Shown here in pieces: positions 28,848 to 39,223 of a DNA stretch of 64,000 nt. Within the stretch, counting starts at the first letter, position 1. Every line of letters starts with the position of its first letter. A program made the translations under genes and the position numbers. The notes below the pieces were generated by a model. It worked only from the letters and a program-made list of their open reading frames with translations, was not told the origin of the DNA and ran no database searches. Origin of the DNA: Minisyncoccota bacterium (GTDB lineage Bacteria; Patescibacteriota; Minisyncoccia; Phycocordibacterales; UBA918); contig JBDNIW010000003.1 in the NCBI GenBank assembly GCA_041688155.1, positions 5,555 through 69,554 of the forward strand. Direction: 5' to 3'.

Positions 28848-29837
28848 ATGTTTACAGATCATGTTTCAGACACAATAAAAAACGGCGGTGACGTCGACCA
28901 GGTCGCCACTCGCGATGGGTTTGGTGAAGGCCTCCTTGAGGCTGGTAAGCGCGATGCGAGTGTTGTAGCACTGTGCTGTGACTTGACTGAGTCAACCAAG
29001 ACCAACTTGTTCGCCAATGAATTCCCCGAACGGTTTGTCCAGATTGGGGTGGCCGAGCAAAACCTGGCCTCAGTCGCCTCGGGTATGGCCGCCATGGGCA
29101 AGATTCCGTTTATCACCTCCTACGCGATGTTCTCACCTGGTCGCAACTGGGAGCAGATCCGCACTACCATTGCCTACAACGACGCCAACGTCAAAATCGT
29201 CGGTTCACACGCCGGTGTGTCAGTCGGGCCCGACGGTGCGACTCACCAGGCAATCGAAGATATGGCCATCATGCGGGCCGTTGCGAACATGATTGTGATC
29301 GCTCCAGCGGATGTACACGAAGCCCGCAAAGTCACCCTGGCTGCAGCCAAACACGAGGGTCCGATTTATTTCCGCCTCGGACGCTCTGGTACGCCAGTGG
29401 TCACCACCGAAGAAACGCCGTTTGAGATTGGCAAAGCCCAACTGATGTTCACTCGTGATGAGTCACTAGAGAAGAAAGTTGGTATCGTGTCCACCGGTTC
29501 ACTTTTATATAACGCACTCATGGCCGCCCATGAGTTACAGGTGGCAGGTATCGGTGCCTCAGTGTTGCACATGGCCACCATCAAGCCACTGGATACCCAA
29601 GCGCTAGCGGCGTTCGCCGCTGATCATGACGCCCTAGTGACGGTCGAAGAACATCAAATCAATGGTGCGCTTGGTAGTGCAGTCGCCGAATTTTTAAGTG
29701 AGACCAACCCGACCAAGATTGTCCGCATCGGCATCCAAGACCAATTCGGCCAGTCAGGCGAACCAGACGAGCTGATTGCCCACTACGGTATGGATGTACC
29801 AAGTATTGTCGCCGCGGGGAAACGAGTACTCGGGTAG
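28848..29837 (+). CDS. transketolase, C-terminal (pyrimidine-binding) subunit
   Basis: Pyr and C-terminal domains. Confidence 0.9.
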   Translation: MFTDHVSDTIKNGGDVDQVATRDGFGEGLLEAGKRDASVVALCCDLTESTKTNLFANEFPERFVQIGVAEQNLASVASGMAAMGKIPFITSYAMFSPGRNWEQIRTTIAYNDANVKIVGSHAGVSVGPDGATHQAIEDMAIMRAVANMIVIAPADVHEARKVTLAAAKHEGPIYFRLGRSGTPVVTTEETPFEIGKAQLMFTRDESLEKKVGIVSTGSLLYNALMAAHELQVAGIGASVLHMATIKPLDTQALAAFAADHDALVTVEEHQINGALGSAVAEFLSETNPTKIVRIGIQDQFGQSGEPDELIAHYGMDVPSIVAAGKRVLG

Positions 29838-29861
29838 GTTAAATAATAAAGTAGCTAAACT

Positions 29862-29895
29862 AAAAGTGTCCAACATCGAGTGTTGGACACTTTTA
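29862..29895. terminator. bidirectional intrinsic terminator
   Basis: AAAAGTGTCCAACA-tcgag-TGTTGGACACTTTT. Confidence 0.7.
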
Positions 29896-30149
29896 GTTGT
29901 AGAAAAAGAAAACACTCTCAAAAGAGTGCAAAGCCAGCGAAGTACATTTATAGTTGGTAATAACACTCACCGTTAAGCGAGGGGGTTTTCACGTTTGATT
30001 CCAGAAAAAACCGCTTACAAAAACTCCTGGATTTATGGTCGGTATCCCGGACCCGGACGTCGTAAACTCTTGCTGCGGTATCGATGCAACCGGCTGGCCA
30101 CAGCGGCCTCTCCACAATCGAGCAGAGTTAATTAAAGTCTAGTATGATT

Positions 30150-30185
30150 ATGTGTAACAAACCCACTCAATTGAGTGGGTTTGTT
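30150..30185 (-). terminator. terminator of PfkB kinase gene
   Basis: AACCCACTCAATTGAGTGGGTT hairpin then U-rich on minus strand. Confidence 0.55.
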
Positions 30186-30205
30186 ACTTTTCTATTGCAA
30201 TTCGA

Positions 30206-31207
30206 TTACACCTTACTTGGCAGATAGAAATCCGGACGTTGTTCTAGGTACTTCATCAGCTCCGCCATCGGTAGCAGTCCGGCTTGAGCGCCGACGTGCT
30301 GGACGACGTTCATGGAGTTGATGGGCCCCCAGGATAGGGCTTCGGCTGGGTCTTTACCGAGGATGATGGCTGAGGTAAAGGTTGATGAGAACGCATCACC
30401 CGCACCAGTGCGGTCAACTGGCGCGGCTGGATCTGGGTACATCGGCATGTGCCAGGCTTGGTCGTCAGCATCGACGGTAAACGCACCGTTTGGCCCGTCG
30501 GTCACCACTGGGATAGTTGGCCCGAGTTCTCGTATCATCCGCACTAACGTCGGGATGTCTTGCTCGGTGGTCTTGAGGATTTCTTGTGCCTCTTCTTTGT
30601 TGCAAAAGAAAATCTCGGTGTTCTGGTACACGTCAGCGAGCGCTTCATGTCCAACTTTGATCTGGAAAGTGCCAGGTTGGAAGGCTAGTTTGGTGTCGTT
30701 GCTTTTGACGTACTCGGCAATCTCGTGGTGGTACGGGATACCGTGTTCACCCACTGATGAGAAGTAAAAGAATTTGGGCGGGACAGGGAAGTCAGGTAGC
30801 GCGTACGGGTAGGTTTCGTGGTTGATCAAAATGGTTCGTTCTGCGCCGTAGCGCAACACGTAGTGGTAGTTGGTTTTTTTGTCTTCGTGGATTTTGACAA
30901 AGTCGGTATGTATGCCTTGGTCGCGCAGGGCTTGGAGACATTCTTTACCAAATTTATCGTTCCCGATGTGGGTCACCAGACCAGTCTCGAGTCCCAGTCG
31001 GTGGGCCGAACACGCCGCATTAGGCGAGTTTCCAACCGCCGGTACAACCACGACGTCGTCGTATGGTAACTTGCTGCCAAACGGCATTTGGAGTGTCTTG
31101 CGGCCAGTGTCCTGGTCGATTGAGACATCGGCTTGGTCAACGTTCAGTTGGATAAAAGCATCTATAAGGATGTCGCCAATGGCGACGAAATCGTATTGTT
31201 GTGACAT
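30206..31207 (-). CDS. PfkB-family carbohydrate kinase
   Basis: 333 aa; DRTGAGDAFSSTF, N-terminal FVAIGDILID. Confidence 0.85.
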   Translation of the reverse strand: MSQQYDFVAIGDILIDAFIQLNVDQADVSIDQDTGRKTLQMPFGSKLPYDDVVVVPAVGNSPNAACSAHRLGLETGLVTHIGNDKFGKECLQALRDQGIHTDFVKIHEDKKTNYHYVLRYGAERTILINHETYPYALPDFPVPPKFFYFSSVGEHGIPYHHEIAEYVKSNDTKLAFQPGTFQIKVGHEALADVYQNTEIFFCNKEEAQEILKTTEQDIPTLVRMIRELGPTIPVVTDGPNGAFTVDADDQAWHMPMYPDPAAPVDRTGAGDAFSSTFTSAIILGKDPAEALSWGPINSMNVVQHVGAQAGLLPMAELMKYLEQRPDFYLPSKV

Positions 31208-31306
31208 ATATGACTAGTGTAACATCACCCCTCTGGTCGTTTCTACGCAGCGTGGACAGCGCGACCCCCTTCACATATCTGCGGTTTATGCTAGAGTATG
31301 CGCCAT

Positions 31307-31936
31307 ATGACAACATCAGTAGCAGTAGTAGCGCGTGACGCGAGTACATCTCGCGCCGCGCTCCCAGCGGGACACATCCCAGCCGTCGTTTATGGGCCTA
31401 AACAAGAACCGATTTCTATTTCAGTTGAAGAGAAGACGTTTGATAAAATCCGCAAAGAAGCGGGTGAGTCAACTATTCTTGAGCTGACCGGACTAGCGGA
31501 CCCGATAGAAGTTTTAATCAAACACATCGATTTTGCACCCACTCGAGTCGAGATGACGCACGTGGATTTCTACGCGATTGAACGTGGTAAGGCCATGACC
31601 GTCACCGTTGGTATCGAGTTTACTGGCGTGGCGCCAGCCGAGAAAAACGGAATTGGTAGTGTGACCAAAGCCATGCAGGAAATCGAAGTGACCTGTCTGC
31701 CGCGCAACCTACCAGCTGAGATTATGGTTGATGTATCGGTGCTGGTTGATGCCCACTCTAAAATCACTGTGGCCGACCTACCAGCGCTTGAGGGTGTTAC
31801 CTACGAGGCTGATCCGACTGACGCTGTCGTGGTGATCAGTGTCACCAAGGAAGAAGCTGACGCTGACCCAGAAGAGGTCGACATGGCAGCAGTGGCGGTC
31901 GCAGGAGAAAAAACTCCAGCCGAGCCGACTGAGTAG
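31307..31936 (+). CDS. rplY: 50S ribosomal protein L25 (Ctc form)
   Basis: L25 N-domain plus Ctc C-domain. Confidence 0.85.
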   Translation: MTTSVAVVARDASTSRAALPAGHIPAVVYGPKQEPISISVEEKTFDKIRKEAGESTILELTGLADPIEVLIKHIDFAPTRVEMTHVDFYAIERGKAMTVTVGIEFTGVAPAEKNGIGSVTKAMQEIEVTCLPRNLPAEIMVDVSVLVDAHSKITVADLPALEGVTYEADPTDAVVVISVTKEEADADPEEVDMAAVAVAGEKTPAEPTE

Positions 31937-32007
31937 TCAGTTTTGTACCCAGCCAGACCGCCTAGTTCCCCTTGGGAATTTGGCGGTCTTTTTGGTATAC
32001 TATGGGG

Positions 32008-33369
32008 ATGAAAAATGTTGCGGTGTTTTTGTTACTTGTCAGTTTTATAATTGCTCCCATGGGGGAAGTGTTGGCTGAGTCTGATGCTGATAGGCGAGCC
32101 CGGATTGAGGCGCAGCTACAGAGCGTCGAACGTCAGATTTTGACGCAACAACGTATCGTCGAAGATAAACAAGTCGAGCGTCGTTCGCTCGAACGAGACA
32201 TGGCGATTATCGAAAGTGAGATCACCCAAGTCCAGCTTGGTATCCAAGCGCGTAGTGCCTCGATTGAACAACTGTCTGACCAGATTGGGGACAAAGAAGT
32301 TGTGCTTGATGTGCTCGCTGAAAAGTCAGCCAAGCAGCAAAACTCTCTGGCCGACCTGGTGCGCAAGTCGGCGTTGATTGAGGAATACTCGCTCGTGGAG
32401 GTGATGCTTAGTCGGGAGAGTTTTTCGGATTTCTTCACCGACGTCGCTACGTTTGAAACGCTCAAAGATTCTCTCAATGAATCACTGGTCATCTTGCACG
32501 GCATCCGGCGCGATACGGTTGAGCAGCGAGAAGAGTTGTCGGGCAAACAAGAAACCGAGGCGGAAATGCGCCGCATCCAAGAATTAGAAAAAAAACAAAT
32601 CGAAGTCAAAGAACGCGAAAAAGATCAGATACTAACCGTCACCAAGGGTGAAGAAGCGGAGTATCAAGCCCTCCTGAGTTCACAACAAAAAACGGCCGCC
32701 CAACTGCGAAGCCAACTCTTCGACCTGCTTGGAGGTGGGGGAGGTATTCCATTCCCCCAAGCGGTGGAGCTCGCTAAGTACGCCGGCGGCGTCACCGGGA
32801 TTGACCCCGCGTTTATCCTGGCCATCCTCGAGCAAGAAACCAACCTTGGGTCGAACCTGGGAGGGTGTGTGTTTACTGATAGTACGTCCGCTCGACCAGT
32901 CATGCACCCAACGCGCGATGAACCGGTATTCTTGGCGATTGCTGAGATCCTTGGATTCAACCCGAACACGAGAACCGTGTCGTGTCCGATTGTGCAAAAC
33001 GGCACGCGAGTCGGGTGGGGAGGAGCGATGGGGCCATCACAGTTTATCCCGTCGACCTGGGCGGCGTACGGGGGAATTGTGAATGATGGTATCGGTGGGT
33101 TTAAGTATGACCGCTCAGCTGATGCCATTCGCGCGATTAACGGCGGTGACATCGCTAACCCATTCAACAACCGCGATGCCTTTCTAGCGACAGCTCTACT
33201 CTTGCGTGATAACGGTTCCCGAGGAACGTTTGACTCCGACCGCACCGCAGCGCTGCGATACTACGCCGGCTGGGGTGGGGCCAACAACCCAGCCAATGCG
33301 TTTTATGGTAACCAGGTCATGAACCGTAAAGCCAGGCTGGCTAACGAGATGCAGATCCTGGGGTACTAG
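32008..33369 (+). CDS. secreted coiled-coil protein with C-terminal lytic-transglycosylase (MltB/SLT_2-like) domain
   Basis: Signal peptide [23 protein letters not shown]; ~230-aa coiled coil; C-terminal ...[13 protein letters not shown]... Confidence 0.7.
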   Translation: MKNVAVFLLLVSFIIAPMGEVLAESDADRRARIEAQLQSVERQILTQQRIVEDKQVERRSLERDMAIIESEITQVQLGIQARSASIEQLSDQIGDKEVVLDVLAEKSAKQQNSLADLVRKSALIEEYSLVEVMLSRESFSDFFTDVATFETLKDSLNESLVILHGIRRDTVEQREELSGKQETEAEMRRIQELEKKQIEVKEREKDQILTVTKGEEAEYQALLSSQQKTAAQLRSQLFDLLGGGGGIPFPQAVELAKYAGGVTGIDPAFILAILEQETNLGSNLGGCVFTDSTSARPVMHPTRDEPVFLAIAEILGFNPNTRTVSCPIVQNGTRVGWGGAMGPSQFIPSTWAAYGGIVNDGIGGFKYDRSADAIRAINGGDIANPFNNRDAFLATALLLRDNGSRGTFDSDRTAALRYYAGWGGANNPANAFYGNQVMNRKARLANEMQILGY

Positions 33370-33475
33370 TGCTGCTATTGCCAAACGGCTACTATTTGCT
33401 ATAGTTCGCGCACTACAGATTAGGTGCTCCCACTTATTATATTCCAATTCAGGGTGTGCCGAAGTAAATATAGAT

Positions 33476-33739
33476 ATGAAAAAAGACATTCACCCAGACA
33501 ACTACCGACCGGTACTATTTCACGACAACTCCTCAAACGAGCGGATGTTGATTGGTTCAACGGTAGAAACAGCTAAAACTGACAAGTGGACTGACGGTAA
33601 CGAGTATCCACTAGTGCAGGTAGACGTCACCAGTGCATCACACCCGTTTTATACTGGACAAGAGAAGTCACTCGACACCGCTGGACGAGTTGATCGGTTC
33701 AAGCAGCGAATGGCAAAAGCAGGAAAAAGCAAAGCGTAG
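33476..33739 (+). CDS. rpmE: 50S ribosomal protein L31 (Cys-less, type B-like)
   Basis: [17 protein letters not shown]...HPFYTG. Confidence 0.9.
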   Translation: MKKDIHPDNYRPVLFHDNSSNERMLIGSTVETAKTDKWTDGNEYPLVQVDVTSASHPFYTGQEKSLDTAGRVDRFKQRMAKAGKSKA

Positions 33740-33746
33740 CTATGCC

Positions 33747-33788
33747 AAAACCGCAGCGGGCACCTGGGTGTCCGCTGCGGTTTTGTGT
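33747..33788 (+). terminator. intrinsic terminator after rpmE
   Basis: AAAACCGCAGCGG-loop-CCGCTGCGGTTTT. Confidence 0.75.
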
Positions 33789-33804
33789 ATACTAAAATCA
33801 CTAT

Positions 33805-34791
33805 ATGCAATACGATACAGATAAGTTACAAGAATTCAAAGACTATCAAAAAACGCAATTCTTAGCGTCGCAGTTTGAGAGTGAGTTGGTGAAATTGACC
33901 GACGCACAAGAGCTGGCAGATAGTGACCCTGAGATGGCCGAACTTGCGGTCGAAGAAATCGCTCAGTTGACCAAGCAGCTCCAAGACCAGTTTGCCGAAA
34001 TGGAGCACATCGTCGAGTCAAACAAAGAAGAAGAAAAAAAACCATACGGTGTGATGCTCGAAGTGCGCGCGGGTGCTGGCGGCGATGAAGCCTCCTTGTT
34101 TGCGGCGGAGTTAGCGGGGATGTATTTGAAATACGCTGAGGTGCAAGGTTGGCCAACGATGCGCAACAGCGTCTCAGCGACTGAGGCTGGTGGGTACAAA
34201 GAAGCGATGTTCGAAATCATGGGCAATCAGGTCTACGACCATTTGCGCTACGAGACTGGTGTACACCGTGTACAACGGATCCCTGCGACCGAAAAGCAAG
34301 GTCGAATCCACACTTCGACTGCCTCAATCGCGGTGCTGCCAATGCGCAAAAAGCCAACGATAGATATTAATCTTGGCGACATCGATACCGAATTCTCACG
34401 CGCTGGTGGTGCTGGCGGGCAGAACGTGAACAAAGTCGAAACGGCCGTGCGTCTGGTGCACCGCCCATCTGGCATCGACGTCCGCTGCGAGACCGACCGG
34501 TCTCAACTCAAAAACCGTCTCAAAGCGATGGAGATGCTCATGGCCAAGCTAGAGGCCATTTTTGAGGAAGAACAAGCCGCCAAACACGCCGCTGTTCGCA
34601 AAGGTCAGATTGGCACCGGGGACCGCAGTGAGAAAATCCGTACCTATAATTTCCCGCAAAACCGCATTACCGATCACCGTATCAAAGAGTCCTGGCACAC
34701 GGTAGAAGCCACCCTTGGGGGTGCCCTCAGCCCGATTGTAGAAGCGATGCAAGCGGCCGCCGCCGCCGGCGACGAAGCAGTTGCAGAGTAA
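33805..34791 (+). CDS. prfA: peptide chain release factor 1
   Basis: GGQ motif, PAT tripeptide (RIPATE). Confidence 0.85.
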   Translation: MQYDTDKLQEFKDYQKTQFLASQFESELVKLTDAQELADSDPEMAELAVEEIAQLTKQLQDQFAEMEHIVESNKEEEKKPYGVMLEVRAGAGGDEASLFAAELAGMYLKYAEVQGWPTMRNSVSATEAGGYKEAMFEIMGNQVYDHLRYETGVHRVQRIPATEKQGRIHTSTASIAVLPMRKKPTIDINLGDIDTEFSRAGGAGGQNVNKVETAVRLVHRPSGIDVRCETDRSQLKNRLKAMEMLMAKLEAIFEEEQAAKHAAVRKGQIGTGDRSEKIRTYNFPQNRITDHRIKESWHTVEATLGGALSPIVEAMQAAAAAGDEAVAE

Positions 34792-35020
34792 CGTTTTTCG
34801 TAGTACTGTACTGCCACCTTGCGGTACAGCTGTATCGCAGAGTCTCCAAGCACCACTTGCTGTCCCTGTGATTCGTGTGGCACCGAGCGGGACGATTGTC
34901 TAATCGTTCACTCAGTCACCTCGACACTCCTGTAGCATTTATTATTTAACCGGCAGCTTGGGGGAATGATCACTCACCGTTCTGGTGAAGCACTCTTAAT
35001 TAAACTAATCCATAAAATCT

Positions 35021-35761
35021 ATGTCAGATAAAAATCTCGTTAGTCGATTGTTCGAAGCTGGAGCGCACTTTGGCTTCAAAAAAGCTCGTCGTCACCCAAC
35101 TGCTGCACCATTTTTATATACTACCAAAGAAGGAAGTGACGTGATTGATCTTGCTAAAACCAGTGAGCTGTTGATTGCTGCCAAAGCAACCCTCAAAGAA
35201 GCGGGCTCAATGGGTAAGACTGTCCTGTTTGTCGGTACCAAAGACGAAGCGTCTAAGATTGTCAAAGTCGCGGCTGAAAAAGCCGAAACACTGTACGTGA
35301 CCAACCGTTGGATCGGAGGGATGTTGACCAACTTCACCGAAATCAAAAAACGAATCAACCGACTAGAAGAACTGACCAACGAAAAAACTACGGGAGAACT
35401 CGATCGCAAGTACACTAAAAAAGAACGTGTAGTCATCGGACGGGAAGCGACCAAACTAGAATTTAACTTTTTTGGTATTTCCAAAATGACTCGGATGCCA
35501 GACTTGCTACTGGTGGTTGACCCAAGGCACGACAGTATCGCCGTGGCAGAAGCCACCGAAAAGCGCATCCCAATCATGGCTATCATGAGTACCGACGGTG
35601 ACGCTAGTATGATCAAATACCCAGTGGTCGCTAACGACGCTCTGCAGACCAGCGTGTCACTTATCATGGAAGAATTGACCGCAGCGTACATCGAAGGCAA
35701 GTCAGCTTTTGTCCCCAAAGAAGTGGCTCCAGTTGGGAACACTCGACGTCGGACAGCCTAA
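35021..35761 (+). CDS. rpsB: 30S ribosomal protein S2
   Basis: MSDKNLVSRLFEAGAHFGF... Confidence 0.95.
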   Translation: MSDKNLVSRLFEAGAHFGFKKARRHPTAAPFLYTTKEGSDVIDLAKTSELLIAAKATLKEAGSMGKTVLFVGTKDEASKIVKVAAEKAETLYVTNRWIGGMLTNFTEIKKRINRLEELTNEKTTGELDRKYTKKERVVIGREATKLEFNFFGISKMTRMPDLLLVVDPRHDSIAVAEATEKRIPIMAIMSTDGDASMIKYPVVANDALQTSVSLIMEELTAAYIEGKSAFVPKEVAPVGNTRRRTA

Positions 35762-35813
35762 CCAACTCTGGTATAATCGACCAATCTTACTTACACCTTA
35801 AATTGTATTTTGT

Positions 35814-36398
35814 ATGGAAATTAATTCAGCGCAACTAAAAGAACTACGAGCCAAAACTGGCATCTCGGTGATGCAATGTAAACAAGCGCTCGAAGAAGCT
35901 AAGGGTGACATGGACAAAGCCGTAATCATCCTAAAGAAACGACGTGCCGAAGCAGCCGACAAGAAAGCTGATCGTGCCCTCGGTGCTGGCGCAGTTGGTG
36001 TGTACGTTCATAACACCAACGAAGTAGCAGCGACGGTCCTCCTAGCATGTGAGACAGATTTTGTGTCTAAAAACCAAGAATTCATCGCTCTAGCTCGCGA
36101 TATTGCCATGCACGTTGCAGCGTCAGACCCCAAATTCATCAGCAAGTCAGAACTACCAGCTGACGCCACCGAAAAAGCGACCGAGGTGTTCGCTCCAGAA
36201 CTAGAAGGCAAACCAGAAGACATGAAAGCAAAAATCATGGAAGGGAAGCTGGCGTCATACTTCAAAGATCAAATCCTCCTTGAGCAAGATTTCATCAAGA
36301 ACCCTGAACACACCATCGGAGAAATGATTTCAGGTGCCATCCAGAAATTTGGTGAAAAAGTTTCAATTGAGCAGATTTCACGCGTCTCAGTAAAATAA
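35814..36398 (+). CDS. tsf: elongation factor Ts
   Basis: LRAKTGISVMQCKQALEEAKGDMDKA. Confidence 0.95.
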   Translation: MEINSAQLKELRAKTGISVMQCKQALEEAKGDMDKAVIILKKRRAEAADKKADRALGAGAVGVYVHNTNEVAATVLLACETDFVSKNQEFIALARDIAMHVAASDPKFISKSELPADATEKATEVFAPELEGKPEDMKAKIMEGKLASYFKDQILLEQDFIKNPEHTIGEMISGAIQKFGEKVSIEQISRVSVK

Positions 36399-36402
36399 CC
36401 GC

Positions 36403-36798
36403 ATGGTGCTACTCTCTGGTAGTATCTTGGCAGGAGCAACGGTCGCACTGATCGTTGCTTTGGTCGTGATTGGCGCCGAGCAGAAAAAAGGCGCCCGACT
36501 GTTCCTAACTAGCGTTCGAGGTTGGATTGATCAGCGGTTGGAAGGCTTCGCCCGTTGGCTACGACAAGCATCGCACATCGTGGCGATTTCGGCGATGTAC
36601 CTCGTGCATCAGGTCCGAGCGGGTCTTGCTCGCGCCATCGCTCCCCAGCCGAGGCGCCGACAAAAACCACCTGAGCGGCTTCAGTTCGAGCACACCGACA
36701 ATCACCTCAGCTCCATGCACGACCACAAGTCAGACACGGCATTAACCGAAGCCCAAAAGAAAAAACTCCGCACCAAAAAGCTCGAAGAAAGATTTTGA
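36403..36798 (+). CDS. hypothetical membrane-anchored protein
   Basis: N-terminal TM; basic C-terminus; translationally coupled to tsf. Confidence 0.5.
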   Translation: MVLLSGSILAGATVALIVALVVIGAEQKKGARLFLTSVRGWIDQRLEGFARWLRQASHIVAISAMYLVHQVRAGLARAIAPQPRRRQKPPERLQFEHTDNHLSSMHDHKSDTALTEAQKKKLRTKKLEERF

Positions 36799-36822
36799 CG
36801 GTGAAGCGTCATAACTACCACT

Positions 36823-38583
36823 ATGCAAACAGAAAACTATTCTGGAGATATTCCTAATAAGCCTTGGGGCTTTATGTGGTACGTCAGTCAGCCATACAAG
36901 TGGTGGTTTTTTGTAACCGTGCTGATTGTTGTAACGGCCGCTGTTCTTAATCAGAGTACGAGTTATTTATATAAACTAATCGTCGACGCTGCAGAAGCTG
37001 GAAAAAGTAGCGAAGTTATATTTTATGCTCTTTTGTATCCGGTAGCGATTCTTATAGTCCAACTGCTATTTCGATTGTCTTCTGTAACGGGTATTAGATT
37101 CATAACACCGGCTATGAAGCATTGCTCAGACGTGTTGAGTGAATACACACTGCAACACAGTGACTCATACTATGCCAATAGGTTTTCAGGATCTATTCTG
37201 ACGAAGTTTGGTAACGTTGTCGGCGGTATTGGGCAAATAGTTCCAGATTTCTTTTGGAACATACTAGGTAGCTTTACTTCATTTGTTGTGGCGTTTGGAT
37301 TTATGTTGACGGTGAACCTGTATGTTGCCGGAATCTTCCTGGTACTAGTTTTGGTGATGGTTATATTAAACTATAAACTTTCACCCCAGAAACGGAAATT
37401 GTCACGTGCTCACGCTGCTTCTAGAAGTAAATTAGTGGGAAGGACTGCGGACGTTTTAACTAATGTCGCTGCTGCTCGACAGTACGTAGGACTAGAGCAA
37501 GAGTTGTTTCAACTTAAAGAATTAACGACAGGTCGCCTTGAGGCACATCAGCGAACGTGGAAATATTCAGAAAAGACCAGATTAGTAAATGCGATAGTGC
37601 TCTTTTTTGCAACTAGTTCAATGTTCTATATTTTAGTTACAAGTTGGCAGGCTGGTGAAGCTACTACGGGTGAATTAGTTTTAATTCTGACGTTGGTCTC
37701 GCAAGTTGCATACAACCTCACAACTATTGGTAAAATATTTGACTCCTTTTCTCAAGCGTTTGGTGAAATGGAGGAAGGGCTGAATGATATATTCGTCGAT
37801 CACGAAATTATGGACATTCCGAACGCCATTACTCTTACAACCAGCAAAGGCCAGATCACATTTGACCGCACAACGTTCTCATACGACTCAGAGACTGTCT
37901 TTGAAGATTTAAATCTCGTCATCGAGCCAGGGCAACGGGTCGGTCTAGTCGGTCCGTCTGGAGCAGGGAAGAGTACACTCGTGTCACTTTTATTGCGTCA
38001 GCATAACCTCAATCAAGGAGCAATTTTAATTGATGGACAGAACCTCGCTGAGGTGACCCAGGACTCACTGCGGGCAAACATTGCGCTGGTACCCCAAGAA
38101 CCAATGTTGTTCCATCGCAGCATTCGCGAGAACATCATGTACGGCAAGCCAGATGCCAGCCACGAGGAGTTGGTACAGGCAGCTGAACGCGCACAGGCCC
38201 GCGACTTCATCGAAGCTCTGCCCGAAGGGTACGGCACTCTGGTTGGTGAGCGTGGAGTCAAACTATCAGGCGGACAGAAACAGCGCGTTGCTATCGCGCG
38301 TGCGATGTTGAAAGAAGCACCGATTCTCGTATTAGATGAGGCAACCAGTGCGCTCGACAGTGAGAGTGAGGTCGCCATCCAAAAGGCGCTGGAAGAGTTG
38401 ATGGAAGGCAAGACCGTGATTGCGGTGGCGCACCGGCTGTCGACCCTTAGAAAGATGGATCGTATCCTGGTAATTGAGGCCGGCAAGATTGTTGAGGATG
38501 GTACCCACGAGACACTTACTGAGGCGGGTGGTTTGTATGCAAGGTTGTGGAATCACCAGGCTGGTGGGTTCCTTCAGGAGTAA
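36823..38583 (+). CDS. ABC exporter, fused permease-ATPase (MsbA-like)
   Basis: 6 TM plus Walker A GPSGAGKST, signature LSGGQKQR, Walker B ILVLDEATSALD. Confidence 0.9.
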   Translation: MQTENYSGDIPNKPWGFMWYVSQPYKWWFFVTVLIVVTAAVLNQSTSYLYKLIVDAAEAGKSSEVIFYALLYPVAILIVQLLFRLSSVTGIRFITPAMKHCSDVLSEYTLQHSDSYYANRFSGSILTKFGNVVGGIGQIVPDFFWNILGSFTSFVVAFGFMLTVNLYVAGIFLVLVLVMVILNYKLSPQKRKLSRAHAASRSKLVGRTADVLTNVAAARQYVGLEQELFQLKELTTGRLEAHQRTWKYSEKTRLVNAIVLFFATSSMFYILVTSWQAGEATTGELVLILTLVSQVAYNLTTIGKIFDSFSQAFGEMEEGLNDIFVDHEIMDIPNAITLTTSKGQITFDRTTFSYDSETVFEDLNLVIEPGQRVGLVGPSGAGKSTLVSLLLRQHNLNQGAILIDGQNLAEVTQDSLRANIALVPQEPMLFHRSIRENIMYGKPDASHEELVQAAERAQARDFIEALPEGYGTLVGERGVKLSGGQKQRVAIARAMLKEAPILVLDEATSALDSESEVAIQKALEELMEGKTVIAVAHRLSTLRKMDRILVIEAGKIVEDGTHETLTEAGGLYARLWNHQAGGFLQE

Positions 38584-38918
38584 TACAGGGGTTCGACCCA
38601 CGTATTACTGATCACATTGTGTGCCATCAAACCTAGGACATCAGCTGCCTACTAGTTGTGGCAGTGCAGAGTTTGAGCCACCTGTATCTGCGATACACCG
38701 TGGCCTAACTTGGAAGTGACGATTTGACATTTGGTAACTTTTCTTCACGTCACGAATCACTAAGTATATTTTTTCGCATTCGCTCGAAATCTACTAAGTG
38801 TTCTCGACCCCGCCTCACATTGTTCGTCATTCTTCCTCACATCGCTCCGGCTTGGCTCAGCGCCCGTGTCTAAAGCAGTTTAGACACTAAAGGCTCCCTT
38901 GCGGGAGCCTTTACGCTG

Positions 38919-38991
38919 AGCCACCTGTCAGATTCGAACTGACGACCTACTCATTACAAGTGAGTTGCTCTACCATCTGAGCTAAGGTGGC
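38919..38991 (-). tRNA. tRNA-Thr (anticodon UGU), no encoded CCA
   Basis: Cloverleaf GCCACCT-TA-GCTC-AGATGGTA-GAGC-A-ACTCA-CTTGTAA-TGAGT-AGGTC-GTCAG-TTCGAAT-CTGAC-AGGTGGC-T; all stems Watson-Crick. Confidence 0.9.
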
Positions 38992-39223
38992 TTATTTAGT
39001 TTTAACTACAACTGCAATCTTTGTTTGCTCTCTACCGCAACTCACTTGTTACAAGTGGTTCAAAAGTCCCCCGGACTTTTTCACCTCCACCATCATAGCT
39101 AAGGCTATTTTTTCTGGTACGCGCCATTATGACAAATATGAGGATTATTGCAACCGCTTTGGCTGAATATGTGTGTTTTGGGCTTTATTTTCTCTCTAAA
39201 CAAGGCTATACTCGACGATACTC

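Noticed and set aside
33805-34791. RF1-only genome (as in code-25 CPR) inferred from seeing prfA but not prfB
   Set aside because: The window is too small to judge, and TGA stops are in use, so an RF2 gene is expected elsewhere.
39000-39110. A second tRNA gene next to tRNA-Thr
   Set aside because: The sequence resembles tRNA arms but cannot form an acceptor stem or a full cloverleaf. It is treated as a degenerate remnant only.
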